From positions 69,880 through 133,879 of the forward strand of contig CAYLQQ010000003.1 of assembly GCA_964386355.1 (NCBI GenBank): a DNA stretch of 64,000 nt, given 5' to 3'. This document shows, piece by piece, positions 1 through 9,855 of the stretch. The notes beneath the pieces are model-generated. The model was not told the DNA's origin. It saw only the letters and a program-made list of their open reading frames with translations, and did no database searches. Source of the DNA: an uncultured Pseudomonadales bacterium. GTDB lineage: Bacteria; Patescibacteriota; Microgenomatia; UBA1400; UBA1449. Made by a program: the position numbers and the translations under genes. How positions within the stretch are numbered: the first letter of the stretch is position 1; each line of letters opens with the position of its first letter.

Positions 1-369
1 ATAGGAGCTCCCCTAAAAATAAAAAGCCTAAAGCCTGACACTCAAAAACCCCTCCCTCCTCAAAATAAAATACCGATATTTACGGAAGATCAGATGCCAC
101 CAACACCAGACTTACCAAATACAATTGTTGGGGCAGTAATGACTCCACAGGGACAACTTCTCCCAAATGCAATTATTGAAATATGCGACAACCACAATTT
201 GCCGGTACGCGCCATTAAATCAAATCGATTGGGGCAGTTTTTTATTGCCACACCATTAGCCAGTGGCACATACACAATGATAATCGAACACGAAACACAT
301 AGCTTTGATACAATTACCATTGAGGCGGCGGGCGGCATAATTGCCCCACTTAAAATAATTTCAAAATAA
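1..369 (+). CDS. 3' part of a PrgI-like membrane/secretion-cluster protein with a C-terminal carboxypeptidase-regulatory-like (Ig-like) domain; 5'-truncated by the window
   Basis: Frame 1 is open from base 1 to the stop at 369. The C-terminus (GAVMTPQGQLLPNAIIEI...RAIKSNRLGQF...GTYTM) has an Ig/carboxypeptidase-regulatory pattern. It lies directly upstream of the VirB4-cluster genes. Confidence 0.55.
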   Translation: MGAPLKIKSLKPDTQKPLPPQNKIPIFTEDQMPPTPDLPNTIVGAVMTPQGQLLPNAIIEICDNHNLPVRAIKSNRLGQFFIATPLASGTYTMIIEHETHSFDTITIEAAGGIIAPLKIISK

Positions 370-376
370 ATTTGTT

Positions 377-1288
377 ATGGCCAGTTCAATAGTTCCCATA
401 CAGGCAAGCACTCAGGAGCATATAGATATTTTAGATATACTGGATGATATTGTGATCTCCAAGGATGGGTCTTGTTCTATGATCTTACAAGTAACAGCAA
501 TAAATTTTGATCTTCTTTCCCAAACCGAACAAGATGCCATCATCTACGCATACGCAGGATTATTAAATTCACTCACCTTCCCGATTCAAATTATGATCCG
601 CTCGGCAATCAAAGATGTTACTAACTATATTAATCTTATAAAACAACAGGAACAGAAACAAAAAAAACAGCTATTATTGGACCAGTTAAAACAATATCGA
701 AGCTTTGTTGAAACCCTCATTAAAGACAATCGCGTTCTTGATAAGCGCTTTTTTGTTGTGATTCCCTTTTCTAGTCTAGAACTGGGATTGACCCCCACGC
801 TCGCATCATCGTTTAATAAAACAAAAAAATTGCCATACCCCAAGCCATATATTTTAGAGAGGGCAAAAATGAACCTATATCCAAAACGCGACCACCTTAT
901 GAGACAGTTTGCCCGCCTAGGCCTTCAATGTCGACAACTAAATACTCAACAGCTTATTGAGTTGTTTTTTAGTATTTACAACGAAGAGTCTGTGGGTCAA
1001 CGCATAGGAACAAGCAAAGAATACAGTGCACCAATGGTCACAGCCAAACAGGTGGCCAACCCAAAATCAGTTCCCACAATACCCATCTCTCAAGCCCAGG
1101 TTTCGGCTCAAGCCCAACATGCAATACCCGTGACACAACCACGTCCAATCAGTATCGTAGCAGAAACCGCACATACCCCCTCCCCTGTAACCCCAATAAT
1201 CCAACCATCAGAACAAAACATAGCTAATCAATCTCGAGTTGTTTATCAACCAAAAGAAACATCTGGCATACCATACGCCCAAAATTAA
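377..1288 (+). CDS. TraC/VirB4 N-terminal-like protein of the CPR secretion/conjugation-like cluster
   Basis: STQEHIDILDI...INFDLLSQTEQDAIIYAYAGLLNSLTFPIQI...KRFFVVIPF pattern, typical of the gene preceding CPR VirB4 ATPases; low-complexity Pro/Gln tail. Confidence 0.7.
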   Translation: MASSIVPIQASTQEHIDILDILDDIVISKDGSCSMILQVTAINFDLLSQTEQDAIIYAYAGLLNSLTFPIQIMIRSAIKDVTNYINLIKQQEQKQKKQLLLDQLKQYRSFVETLIKDNRVLDKRFFVVIPFSSLELGLTPTLASSFNKTKKLPYPKPYILERAKMNLYPKRDHLMRQFARLGLQCRQLNTQQLIELFFSIYNEESVGQRIGTSKEYSAPMVTAKQVANPKSVPTIPISQAQVSAQAQHAIPVTQPRPISIVAETAHTPSPVTPIIQPSEQNIANQSRVVYQPKETSGIPYAQN

Positions 1289-1291
1289 CCT

Positions 1292-3145
1292 ATGTTGTTT
1301 AAACTACCAAAAAAAACCAGCTCAAAAAACCAAACCCAGAACACGGGACCTAACCCAAGGGCGGTAATTGCGCAAGGCCTTACAACTCTGGGTGATATTA
1401 TTGCACCCCCATCCATAGAGGTGGACTTCTCGCATTTAAAAATTGGCAGCCTATTATATAAAACACTATTTGTTGCCGGATATCCGCGCTTTGTAGACGC
1501 TAATTGGCTTTCCCCTCTTATTAATTTCGACTATCCATTATCAATTAGTATGTTTATTCACCCCACCGAAGGAAAGGGCGTACTCGAAGATTTGAAGAGA
1601 AAAATTGGCGAGATGGAGGCAGAGATTCAAACAGATCTCCAGTCTGGTAAAATCGCCAACATCTCCACACAAGTACAACTTGAAGATGCTCGGGCGCTAC
1701 AGGAACAGCTGGCAAAGGGAACGGAGCGGTTCTTTCAATATGGTCTATATGTTAGTTTCTCAGCTTCGAACGAAAAAGAGCTTGAAACCATCTCAAAACA
1801 GATCCAATCGACTCTGGGGGCTTTACTCATCGTTTCCAAGCCCACCACACTCCAAATGGAGGCAGGATTTAAAACAACACTCCCCCTGTGCCGAGACTAT
1901 GTCCAAATTAATAGAAACATGGATACAACCTCTCTTGCTAGCACATTTCCTTTCACCTCATCTGAGCTTACCGATAACAAGGGAATAATGTACGGCATAA
2001 ATGCACACAACGAATCCCTCATTGTTTTTGACAGATTTTCTCTTGAAAATGCTAATTCTGTGGTATTTGCTAAATCTGGAGCAGGCAAATCATATTTTGT
2101 TAAACTAGAGGCCTTACGCTCAATGTTTTTTGACACAGAAGTAATTGTTATTGATCCTGAATCTGAGTACAATAATCTGTGCCAAGTGGTTGGTGGTGAC
2201 CGAATCACCTTTTCATTTAGCTCGCCGGTTCGTATTAACCCATTTGATCTTTCCCAGGTATACGAAGAGGGAGAAAATGAGCTTGGTTTAAAAATTCTCT
2301 CACTACATTCTCTTTTTAAGATCATAATGGGGCAGCTTGACCCAATGGAAGATGCTATTTTGGACCGAGCGCTTGTATCCACCTATAAACAGAAGGGTAT
2401 CACCCCGGAACCTAGAACCCAAAAAAATCCCCCACCTCTTATAGAAGATCTTTACAAGGTATTGATTGGCATGGAAGAGGAAAAATCAGCTTCGCTTGCT
2501 GCTCGCCTGGAAAAATATGTCAAGGGATCGTTGAGGGGCATTATTGACCAACCCTCAAATATCGACCTGCAAAATCAATTTACTGTTTTTGATATAAAAG
2601 ACCTAAGCAATGAGATGCGCCCCTTGGCAATGTATGTGATTTTGGATTTTATCTGGACCAAGATAAAAAAAGATCTTAAACGGCGAATACTTATCGTTGA
2701 CGAGGCCTGGTATCTGATGCAACACCCTGATTCTGCTCTATTTTTGTATGGCATTGCAAAAAGGGCGCGCAAATACTATCTTGGCGTTACTACAATAACT
2801 CAGGATGTTGAAGATTTCTTGGGCACAGACATGGGAAAAGCCATAGTCACAAACTCATCCATCCAAATTCTCCTCAAACAATCTTCAGCAGCTATTGAGC
2901 GCCTAGGGAAGGTTTTTTATCTTTCACAGGGAGAAAAAAACCTACTATTGTCGGCGGGTGTTGGAGAGGGTTTGTTTTTTGCTGGCGCTAACCATGTTGC
3001 AATGCGCATCATTGCCTCACCCCAAGAACACAAACTCATCACATCAAACCCCGCAGAACTCCTAGCTATGAAACAGCAGGCTATGGCAGCATCACAGCAA
3101 CTTCCGGGTGGGGTTCAGTCTGTATTGAGCGAGCTTGGCTACTAA
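1292..3145 (+). CDS. virB4: VirB4/TraE-like type IV secretion ATPase
   Basis: Walker A AKSGAGKS, VIDPESEY, INPFD, Walker B LIVDEAW, KRARKY, TQDVEDF. Confidence 0.88.
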   Translation: MLFKLPKKTSSKNQTQNTGPNPRAVIAQGLTTLGDIIAPPSIEVDFSHLKIGSLLYKTLFVAGYPRFVDANWLSPLINFDYPLSISMFIHPTEGKGVLEDLKRKIGEMEAEIQTDLQSGKIANISTQVQLEDARALQEQLAKGTERFFQYGLYVSFSASNEKELETISKQIQSTLGALLIVSKPTTLQMEAGFKTTLPLCRDYVQINRNMDTTSLASTFPFTSSELTDNKGIMYGINAHNESLIVFDRFSLENANSVVFAKSGAGKSYFVKLEALRSMFFDTEVIVIDPESEYNNLCQVVGGDRITFSFSSPVRINPFDLSQVYEEGENELGLKILSLHSLFKIIMGQLDPMEDAILDRALVSTYKQKGITPEPRTQKNPPPLIEDLYKVLIGMEEEKSASLAARLEKYVKGSLRGIIDQPSNIDLQNQFTVFDIKDLSNEMRPLAMYVILDFIWTKIKKDLKRRILIVDEAWYLMQHPDSALFLYGIAKRARKYYLGVTTITQDVEDFLGTDMGKAIVTNSSIQILLKQSSAAIERLGKVFYLSQGEKNLLLSAGVGEGLFFAGANHVAMRIIASPQEHKLITSNPAELLAMKQQAMAASQQLPGGVQSVLSELGY

Positions 3146-3157
3146 ACATTTTTGGGG

Positions 3158-4267
3158 CTATATTTTCACCGGCATAATTATGTGTAAAGATGTAGTGCTT
3201 TTATTGTCTGAAAACTGCACGGGCGCCAAAGGACCATTACAAGCCATAACAATTTCATCCCCCACGGCTGACTTAACGTACTCCATTAAATATCTATAAT
3301 TAAAGGCAACGGAAAGTGGGTCGCCTTCAACAATTGCATCAACACTTGTTTCTGCTGACCCCCCTACCCCCTCTTTTGTAAAAAATCTTATTGCCTTGTT
3401 TTGAATTTCACACTGCACAATATTGGCTGACTGCCTGGCAAACAATGACACTTGTTTTATTGCCTGGGCGAGATCCCCCTTGTCGAGACGAACAGTCACG
3501 GAGGCTCCGGTGGGTAGTATCTTTTCAAATGGTGGAAAGTCACCCTGGATAAGCCGAATGTAAAACACTCGATCAGAGCCGATGAACCATACCCGACCAC
3601 CCTTTTTATCATAAGAGATTAAAATATCAGACTCACCGCCCCAATTTCGCAACAAACTAGCCAGGGGTTTGTATGGCACCAGCAAAATATCCTCCATCCC
3701 CTTGTCAAGCCGAACAGATGATAGGCTTAGCCTATACCCATCGCTGCCCACAATTTGCATACCCAACCCTTCTCTATATCTCATCAATACTCCTGCAAGA
3801 ACCGGTCGTGACTCGTCGGTTGCGACTGCTATAGACGCCCATTTTATGGCGAAAAGAAATTCCACTACCCCAATTTTGATAGCTCCGTTCTCCCGAGGCA
3901 TTTCCATGACGGGATACTCACTTAACTCAACCGTAGACATGGTGGCTCGACTTTTGCCGCTTTGTATTAAAAGCTTCCCCCTTTCTTCAAAGTCCAACTC
4001 AATCATTCCCCCTGGTAGTGTTGAAATGTATTCAGACAATGTCTGTGGGTTAATATACAGTTCTCCTTGCCCAACGATCTCCCCCTCCATCCACACCACC
4101 ACACCAGAGACTGAGTCACATGCCTCAACCTTTAATTGCCCCTCCCCCCACATAAGTCGTAAGGAAGAAAAAACCGGGTTAGATACATTGCCCTTAACAC
4201 AGCTCAGGGCTATGTTTATTGCATGTAAAAACTTGGATTGTTCAACAGTTGCTTTTTGTTTGCTCAT
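3158..4267 (-). CDS. dnaN: DNA polymerase III subunit beta (sliding clamp)
   Basis: DESRPVLAGV, SDGYRLS, RLIQGDFPPF, AFNYRYL, IIMPVK; downstream of dnaA. Confidence 0.96.
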   Translation of the reverse strand: MSKQKATVEQSKFLHAINIALSCVKGNVSNPVFSSLRLMWGEGQLKVEACDSVSGVVVWMEGEIVGQGELYINPQTLSEYISTLPGGMIELDFEERGKLLIQSGKSRATMSTVELSEYPVMEMPRENGAIKIGVVEFLFAIKWASIAVATDESRPVLAGVLMRYREGLGMQIVGSDGYRLSLSSVRLDKGMEDILLVPYKPLASLLRNWGGESDILISYDKKGGRVWFIGSDRVFYIRLIQGDFPPFEKILPTGASVTVRLDKGDLAQAIKQVSLFARQSANIVQCEIQNKAIRFFTKEGVGGSAETSVDAIVEGDPLSVAFNYRYLMEYVKSAVGDEIVMACNGPLAPVQFSDNKSTTSLHIIMPVKI

Positions 4268-4492
4268 ACGTTTTCAGTTGTATCAGATATTACTATTTTT
4301 TCAATACGCTGTAGTAGTAGGTATGGTGGATATGTGGAAAGGTTGGCACATATATGATTAGTGTGGGTGTGGATTGGGTGTGGTGTTTGTTGTTGGTAAT
4401 TTGGTCGCGCTGTGTATTGTTGAGATTGTCGGGGCGAATCATGTGTTTAGTGTGCGGACAGTTTCGTTTGTTATCAACAGCTTATCCACAAA
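4268..4492. other. Chromosomal replication origin (oriC) with DnaA boxes and DnaA-trios
   Basis: dnaA-dnaN intergenic region. Perfect box TTATCCACA at 4482-4490 and TTATCAACA at 4471-4479. On the minus strand, CTTTCCACA (4333-4341) overlaps ATATCCACC (4325-4333), followed by CTACTACTAC (4311-4320) and an AT-rich tract. The + strand composition looks C/A-rich to the left and more G/T-rich to the right (by eye). Confidence 0.85.
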
Positions 4493-5875
4493 CTATCCAT
4501 ACATTTCTTTGCGAAGTGTGGATATCTCCATCTGGAGCTTAGGGGAGACACTAATAATTTTTGCAACCTTTTCCACAGCATGCATAACTGTTGTATGGTC
4601 TCTGCCCCCAAACATACGGCCGATTTCCATAAACGACACACCAAGGTCGTTTTTGAGGAGATACATTGCGTATTGGCGGGGAGTGACAATAGGCTTGGAT
4701 CTTCTGGGGCCAATAAGAGCCTGGGTTGGTATATCATAGTATTTTGACACTACCCTTACAACCTCCTTGGGGTTTATGTACGTTTTTGGTTTTGAAAGAC
4801 CATCTGTCGCTTCCTTTTTTAACATTTTTAATATCATTGGTCTTGATATGGGTTCTTTTGTAAATGTGCTTGTGGCAGAAAGTTTTGTTAAAAACCCCTG
4901 AAGCATCCGAGTTGAGGTTATTTCTGAGGCTATTTCCTGTGCCAGGTCCATGGGTAGGTTTATATCCATTTGTTTTGATTTGATAAGTAAAATAGCCGTT
5001 CTTAGTTCAAAATTTGGTTGTTGAATATCAATAATAAGTCCTTCCTCAAACCGCGAACGCAACCTGTCTTCTAAAAGTTGTATTTCCGAGGGTGGTCGGT
5101 CAGAGGTGAGAATGATTTGTCCCCCACTGGATTGTATGGCATTAAACGTATGAAAAAACTCTTCCTGAACTGTATTTTTCCCGGCGATAAACTGAATATC
5201 ATCAATAAGCAATCCGTCTACATGGCGATATTTGTTTCTAAACTGGGGAGTTCGCTTGTTTCGAATTGCCTCAATGATTTCGTTTGTAAAATGTTCTCCG
5301 GGACAGTAAATGAGCTTAAATTCTGGGTTGCGCTCTAGAATCCGTATCCCTATTGCCTGCATAAGGTGGGTTTTGCCAACACCCACATCGCCATATAAAA
5401 ATAATGGGTTATATGACGTCCCTGGATTTTTGGCTACAGCTGTAGCGGCTGCATACGCAACTTCATTGGTTGGAGAAACGGCAAAATTCTCAAAGGTGTG
5501 AGTGGTACGCAAGCCCGATCTTCGGATTGAGTTTTCTACGAGAGATTCTTGTTTTTGTTGATTAACAAATTCTTGCGTTTCTTGGCTAAAAAGATCTGGA
5601 ATTGTAGTTTTTGCTTGCTGGCTTGCGATCTGAAACGACACACTTACGGATTCTCGTAGAAGATTGCTAATGGTGGTGGTGACAAGCTCTAGGTGGTTTT
5701 TTGTCAAATAATCCTGAACAAAAATATTTGGACAGGATATAATGATTGTTGTATCGGCGTCTGTTTTTTTTATTTCCTGGATGTGGGTTTTTGCAAAATA
5801 CAAATTGAAATGGGAAAACGATATGTTTGGCTTTAGCTGTTCGAGTGTATTTGTCCAGAGGTTTTCTGTATTCAT
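4493..5875 (-). CDS. dnaA: Chromosomal replication initiator DnaA
   Basis: YNPLFLYGDVGVGKTHL, LLIDDIQF, QEEFFHTFN, RLRSRF, GGRDHTTV. Confidence 0.99.
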   Translation of the reverse strand: MNTENLWTNTLEQLKPNISFSHFNLYFAKTHIQEIKKTDADTTIIISCPNIFVQDYLTKNHLELVTTTISNLLRESVSVSFQIASQQAKTTIPDLFSQETQEFVNQQKQESLVENSIRRSGLRTTHTFENFAVSPTNEVAYAAATAVAKNPGTSYNPLFLYGDVGVGKTHLMQAIGIRILERNPEFKLIYCPGEHFTNEIIEAIRNKRTPQFRNKYRHVDGLLIDDIQFIAGKNTVQEEFFHTFNAIQSSGGQIILTSDRPPSEIQLLEDRLRSRFEEGLIIDIQQPNFELRTAILLIKSKQMDINLPMDLAQEIASEITSTRMLQGFLTKLSATSTFTKEPISRPMILKMLKKEATDGLSKPKTYINPKEVVRVVSKYYDIPTQALIGPRRSKPIVTPRQYAMYLLKNDLGVSFMEIGRMFGGRDHTTVMHAVEKVAKIISVSPKLQMEISTLRKEMYG

Positions 5876-5915
5876 ATTTCAAGTGTAATGTTGGCTGGCG
5901 CCTTAGATTAGCAAG

Positions 5916-5924
5916 TTATCCACA
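5916..5924 (+). promoter_or_regulatory. Perfect DnaA box upstream of dnaA (likely autoregulation)
   Basis: TTATCCACA in the dnaA-rpmH divergent intergenic region. Confidence 0.75.
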
Positions 5925-6017
5925 CTGCGTCAAGTATTGGGGGGCTACGATACACTATTGGATTTGGTATTCGGCCGTGGTATGATATCTCCCTGTAATT
6001 AAGTACATTTATTGCCT

Positions 6018-6182
6018 ATGTCAATGTCAAAGAGAATGTATCAGCCTAAGAAAAAGAAGCGAATTAGGACGCATGGATTTTTGTTGCGCATGCTTACAAA
6101 ACATGGTCAAGATGTCATAAGGCGCCGCAGGCAAAAAGGCCGGAAAAAACTAACTGTAGTCAAGAAGTTGTGGCATGACTAG
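6018..6182 (+). CDS. rpmH: 50S ribosomal protein L34 (not in the ORF track)
   Basis: Manual translation [54 protein letters not shown]. Canonical position; the start could be 6024. Confidence 0.95.
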   Translation: MSMSKRMYQPKKKKRIRTHGFLLRMLTKHGQDVIRRRRQKGRKKLTVVKKLWHD

Positions 6183-6498
6183 AAAGTCCAGGTTGTCCAC
6201 AAATCTAATTCCAATCCTTTTTCAAAGGGGCTTGCGGAAGCATTATCCACTTTTTCGTGCCCATATTTTAAAAGGAACTGGAGATGGGGTATGTGTAGTT
6301 GTTCCCAATCATATTGGATCAGCGGTTAAGAGAAATCGAACAAAACGTCGCCTCTTGTCAGCTCTATCACAGTATGTACGCAATAGTACAAAAGAAACCG
6401 CTATTGTGGTTGTTGCAAATAAAAATGTACTTTATAGTAAGTTTGACGAGCTGGTAGCTAGTTGTTTACAGCTTGATAAAACACTTAAATCATTATGA
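6175..6498 (+). CDS. rnpA: Ribonuclease P protein component
   Basis: RNR motif [12 protein letters not shown]; lies between rpmH and yidC. Confidence 0.9.
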   Translation: MTRKSRLSTNLIPILFQRGLRKHYPLFRAHILKGTGDGVCVVVPNHIGSAVKRNRTKRRLLSALSQYVRNSTKETAIVVVANKNVLYSKFDELVASCLQLDKTLKSL

Positions 6499-7307
6499 AT
6501 CTTTGGCATATATTTTTATTTCAACCCCTAGTAAACATTTTGCTCTTCATGTATCAGGCACTGGGTGAGAATTTGGGGATTGCAATAATTGCAACTACAA
6601 TCCTAGTGAGACTATTGCTTATTCCGCTTACTTCTCCCGGAATGAAATCTGCTGCAAAAATGCAAGAGTTAAGGCCAGAGCTAGAAAAACTTAAGGTAAA
6701 ACATGGCAAAGACAAGCAGGCCCTTGCCCAAGCACAGCTTGAGTTATATAAAAAAAACAACATTAATCCTTTTGGAAGCCTACTCCCCACGATTCTTCAA
6801 TTTATATTACTTATTGCCATGTTCCAAGCATTTACTAGTGCGCTTAAACCTGGTCAGGCAATAGGGGAGATTAATAGCATGTTATATTCTTTTATTAGGT
6901 TGCCGGAAAACACTACGATAAATACGCAATTTTTATATTTAGATGTAACAAAACCAGATGTATTTGCTTTGCCAACCCCCCTGGTATTAGGCCCGTTGGT
7001 AATATCTGTTGTTCCTGGAATTTTTTTAATCGGCTCAGCTTTGGTGCAGTACTTGTCTACCAAGCTAATGCTGAAAGCTGGCGCAAAACAACAGGTTAAA
7101 AAATCCACAGGCGAAAATTCTGGTCCCGAAGATATGATGGTTACAATGCAAAAACAGATGATGGTTATTGGACCCATTATGACGCTTGTTATTGGATTCA
7201 ATTTTCCATCAGGCATGGTATTGTATTGGTTTGTAATTTCTCTGACTATGGTGGTTCAGCAGTTGTATATGCAGAGACAAAATAAGGCTGAACTTGAGCA
7301 AAAATAA
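6495..7307 (+). CDS. yidC: Membrane protein insertase YidC/Oxa1
   Basis: GIAIIATTILVRLLLIPL, KMQELRPEL, LYKKNNINP, PSGMVLYW. Confidence 0.95.
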   Translation: MNLWHIFLFQPLVNILLFMYQALGENLGIAIIATTILVRLLLIPLTSPGMKSAAKMQELRPELEKLKVKHGKDKQALAQAQLELYKKNNINPFGSLLPTILQFILLIAMFQAFTSALKPGQAIGEINSMLYSFIRLPENTTINTQFLYLDVTKPDVFALPTPLVLGPLVISVVPGIFLIGSALVQYLSTKLMLKAGAKQQVKKSTGENSGPEDMMVTMQKQMMVIGPIMTLVIGFNFPSGMVLYWFVISLTMVVQQLYMQRQNKAELEQK

Positions 7308-7363
7308 TTTGTTTAAATAATTATAAATTCTCTTGTGGCTGTAAGCCCCAATTGATTCAAAAT

Positions 7364-7813
7364 ATGGAGCATATTCAAGATGAAATACTGAGCGTGACTA
7401 AAGAACTTTTATCATTTCTTGAATATGATTGTTCGGTAGATATTATTACAGAAGGGGATGGATATTTAGTTCAGGTTAATACGGAGGATACTGGGGTATT
7501 AATAGGATATCACGGTCAAACGTTATCGGCATTACAAACTATTTTGGGGCACGCTCTTTATAAGCGGACTGGTCAGTGGTTAAAAATAACCTTAAATGTC
7601 AGTGATTACTGGCAAAAACGGCAAGAACAGCTCGAAAATATGGCTAAAAGAGCCGTTGAAGAGGTGTTGCATACCCATACCTCGTATACGCTACCCTATT
7701 TAAACGCAAAAGAAAGACGCCACATTCATATGATTCTTTCAGATGAGCCTGGTATAAAAACAGAATCGGTGGGTGAGGGTAGGGAGCGGCGGTTGGTTGT
7801 CTTTCCCCAATAA
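7364..7813 (+). CDS. jag: Jag/KhpB-like RNA-binding protein (KH + R3H)
   Basis: KH motif LIGYHGQTLSALQ and R3H motif ERRHIH...TESVGEGRERR; follows yidC. Confidence 0.88.
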   Translation: MEHIQDEILSVTKELLSFLEYDCSVDIITEGDGYLVQVNTEDTGVLIGYHGQTLSALQTILGHALYKRTGQWLKITLNVSDYWQKRQEQLENMAKRAVEEVLHTHTSYTLPYLNAKERRHIHMILSDEPGIKTESVGEGRERRLVVFPQ

Positions 7814-7857
7814 TAAACTGCTGTTAGCTTGTGGCGCCATAAGATATACTTAAGATT

Positions 7858-9090
7858 ATGGGTTCGCGACACAGTCTTATACTTCTCAAAATTTTTCAAG
7901 TAGTTTTTTTGAGCCTTTTACCTCTTCAGCTTGGTTTACGGTTTTGGCAGGACAACTTACTATTAAGAGGCTATAGAATAGATTATTTAAGTGCATTCAT
8001 ATATCCAGCCGATTTGGTGGCTTTTGTTGCGGCAATATTTATCGGTATATGGTTTAGGGAAGTATGTATTAATAGTTTTGTTGGTAAACTGGCCATGGTA
8101 TTGTTTGTGTGGAATATAGTGCAATTATTGTGGATAGACCAATGGTTAACACACCTTTTTTGGTCCTTTAGATTGTTTTTTGGATTACTGTTGGTAGCCT
8201 CTTTTAAATATACTTTTTTTGAAATAAAAAATTACATTTTAAAAATTTTAATCATACAAATTATATGTATTGCACTTATATCTATTCTTCAAGTATTTAG
8301 CTCTGGCTCGGTAGGTGGAATGTTGCATTTTATTGGAGAAAGGAGATTTACAACAAGTACCCCCGGTATAGCAACTCAGTCAATCATGGGGACAGTTTTG
8401 CTGAGACCGTATGCAATGTTTTCACATCCAAACACCATGGCTGCTTACGTTTTTGTTAGCATGCTTATCATCCACCTAATTACCCAAAAATATAAAATAA
8501 CTAAGTCGACCAAATTGGTATATGTAATAGGAACAGTATTGCTACTTGTCAGCGCATCTCATACGGTCTGGTTAGCTGCTTTAGTCTATATTTTGATCTG
8601 CTTAACAGTATGTAAAAGTAGTAAAAAAGTAAAACATGTTATTGTTTCTTTGTTTTTGCTGTTTTTAGTATTATCTCCATTAATACTCATGTATTTCCCC
8701 ATACAAACCTATGATTTTGTTTCAAGAACAAAAATTATTACATCTCTACAGCTTAACTTCTTGGATTTATTGGTTGGGGTAGGGTGGTTTGGAAGTATTC
8801 TGCATCACATTGATACTATTTCAATACACACACTTCAACCTATCCATAATGCTCTGTGGGAATGTATTGTATCAATTGGAGTGGCTCCAGTACTAATGTT
8901 CTGTGTCCTTATTTTATTAAAAAAAGTTTTATATACTAGTTTCTTTAACAAACAAGCGTACTTAATTGTTTTGCCACTATGTATTATGGCCTCATTGGAC
9001 CATTACTTTATAACCCAACCCCAGACTTTGTATGTTTTGTTGGTTGCGGTTGGAGTAGTAATTAATGTAAAAGAAACTGAAAAAGTTTAA
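7858..9090 (+). CDS. O-antigen ligase-like polytopic membrane protein
   Basis: Many TM helices; RPYAMFSHPN and QPIHN motifs. Confidence 0.7.
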   Translation: MGSRHSLILLKIFQVVFLSLLPLQLGLRFWQDNLLLRGYRIDYLSAFIYPADLVAFVAAIFIGIWFREVCINSFVGKLAMVLFVWNIVQLLWIDQWLTHLFWSFRLFFGLLLVASFKYTFFEIKNYILKILIIQIICIALISILQVFSSGSVGGMLHFIGERRFTTSTPGIATQSIMGTVLLRPYAMFSHPNTMAAYVFVSMLIIHLITQKYKITKSTKLVYVIGTVLLLVSASHTVWLAALVYILICLTVCKSSKKVKHVIVSLFLLFLVLSPLILMYFPIQTYDFVSRTKIITSLQLNFLDLLVGVGWFGSILHHIDTISIHTLQPIHNALWECIVSIGVAPVLMFCVLILLKKVLYTSFFNKQAYLIVLPLCIMASLDHYFITQPQTLYVLLVAVGVVINVKETEKV

Positions 9091-9325
9091 CCTACGTGCT
9101 AGCATTGATTGAGATTTACTGTTTTTACATTAGGTTTATAAGTTGAGAGTATGAAGCATACATATTTTCTCTTTAAACTCAAATATGTATACTCTTTAAA
9201 AGTAGTAGTTAAGAATATGGTAAGACGTGAAAGTTTTTGGTTGAAATGGCTCCGAATCTGTTACTCTAAAGATAAGAATTATAATTGATAACCATACTAA
9301 TGTTATTAAACCTATAGTATATAAT

Positions 9326-9757
9326 ATGAGTATAAATGATATAAATAACATAATCATACACAGTGATGGAGGTTCAAGGGGTAATCCCGGACCTTCAGCG
9401 ATAGGATATGTAATTGAACAAAATGGACAGAAAGATACTGAAGAATCTCGTTGTATTGGTTTGGCGACAAACAATGAGGCAGAGCATATCGCCATACAGG
9501 AGGCCCTTAGGTATGTATCAGACAATGGGAGCCTAAAAGCAGAAGTAGATTGTTTCCTTGATTCTGAACTAGTTGTTCGTCAGTTACAGGGTATATATAA
9601 AATTAAAAATGAACGTTTACGTGCAATAGCAGAAAATACATTTAAAATAATCCAAGACATGAAAAATAGGGGCTTTATAGTCCGTTTTACATCAGTTAAG
9701 CGAGAGTATAACGCAAGAGCTGATAGCATGGTTAATAAAGCACTTGATTCTCAATAA
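9326..9757 (+). CDS. rnhA: Ribonuclease HI family protein
   Basis: SDGGSRGNPGPSAIG, TNNEAE, DSELVVRQ, REYNARAD. Confidence 0.93.
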   Translation: MSINDINNIIIHSDGGSRGNPGPSAIGYVIEQNGQKDTEESRCIGLATNNEAEHIAIQEALRYVSDNGSLKAEVDCFLDSELVVRQLQGIYKIKNERLRAIAENTFKIIQDMKNRGFIVRFTSVKREYNARADSMVNKALDSQ

Positions 9758-9855
9758 TCAACTCCATTCCCTTATATTAAAAACAGTTCTTTGATAAAAA
9801 TCGAAGTTTTGTTCTGTTTAAGCTACAATAAGGACATTAGATACTAAATCTGCTC

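Noticed and set aside
3669-4739. Plus-strand ORFs over dnaN, oriC and dnaA
   Set aside because: Antisense shadows of conserved genes with no recognisable motifs.
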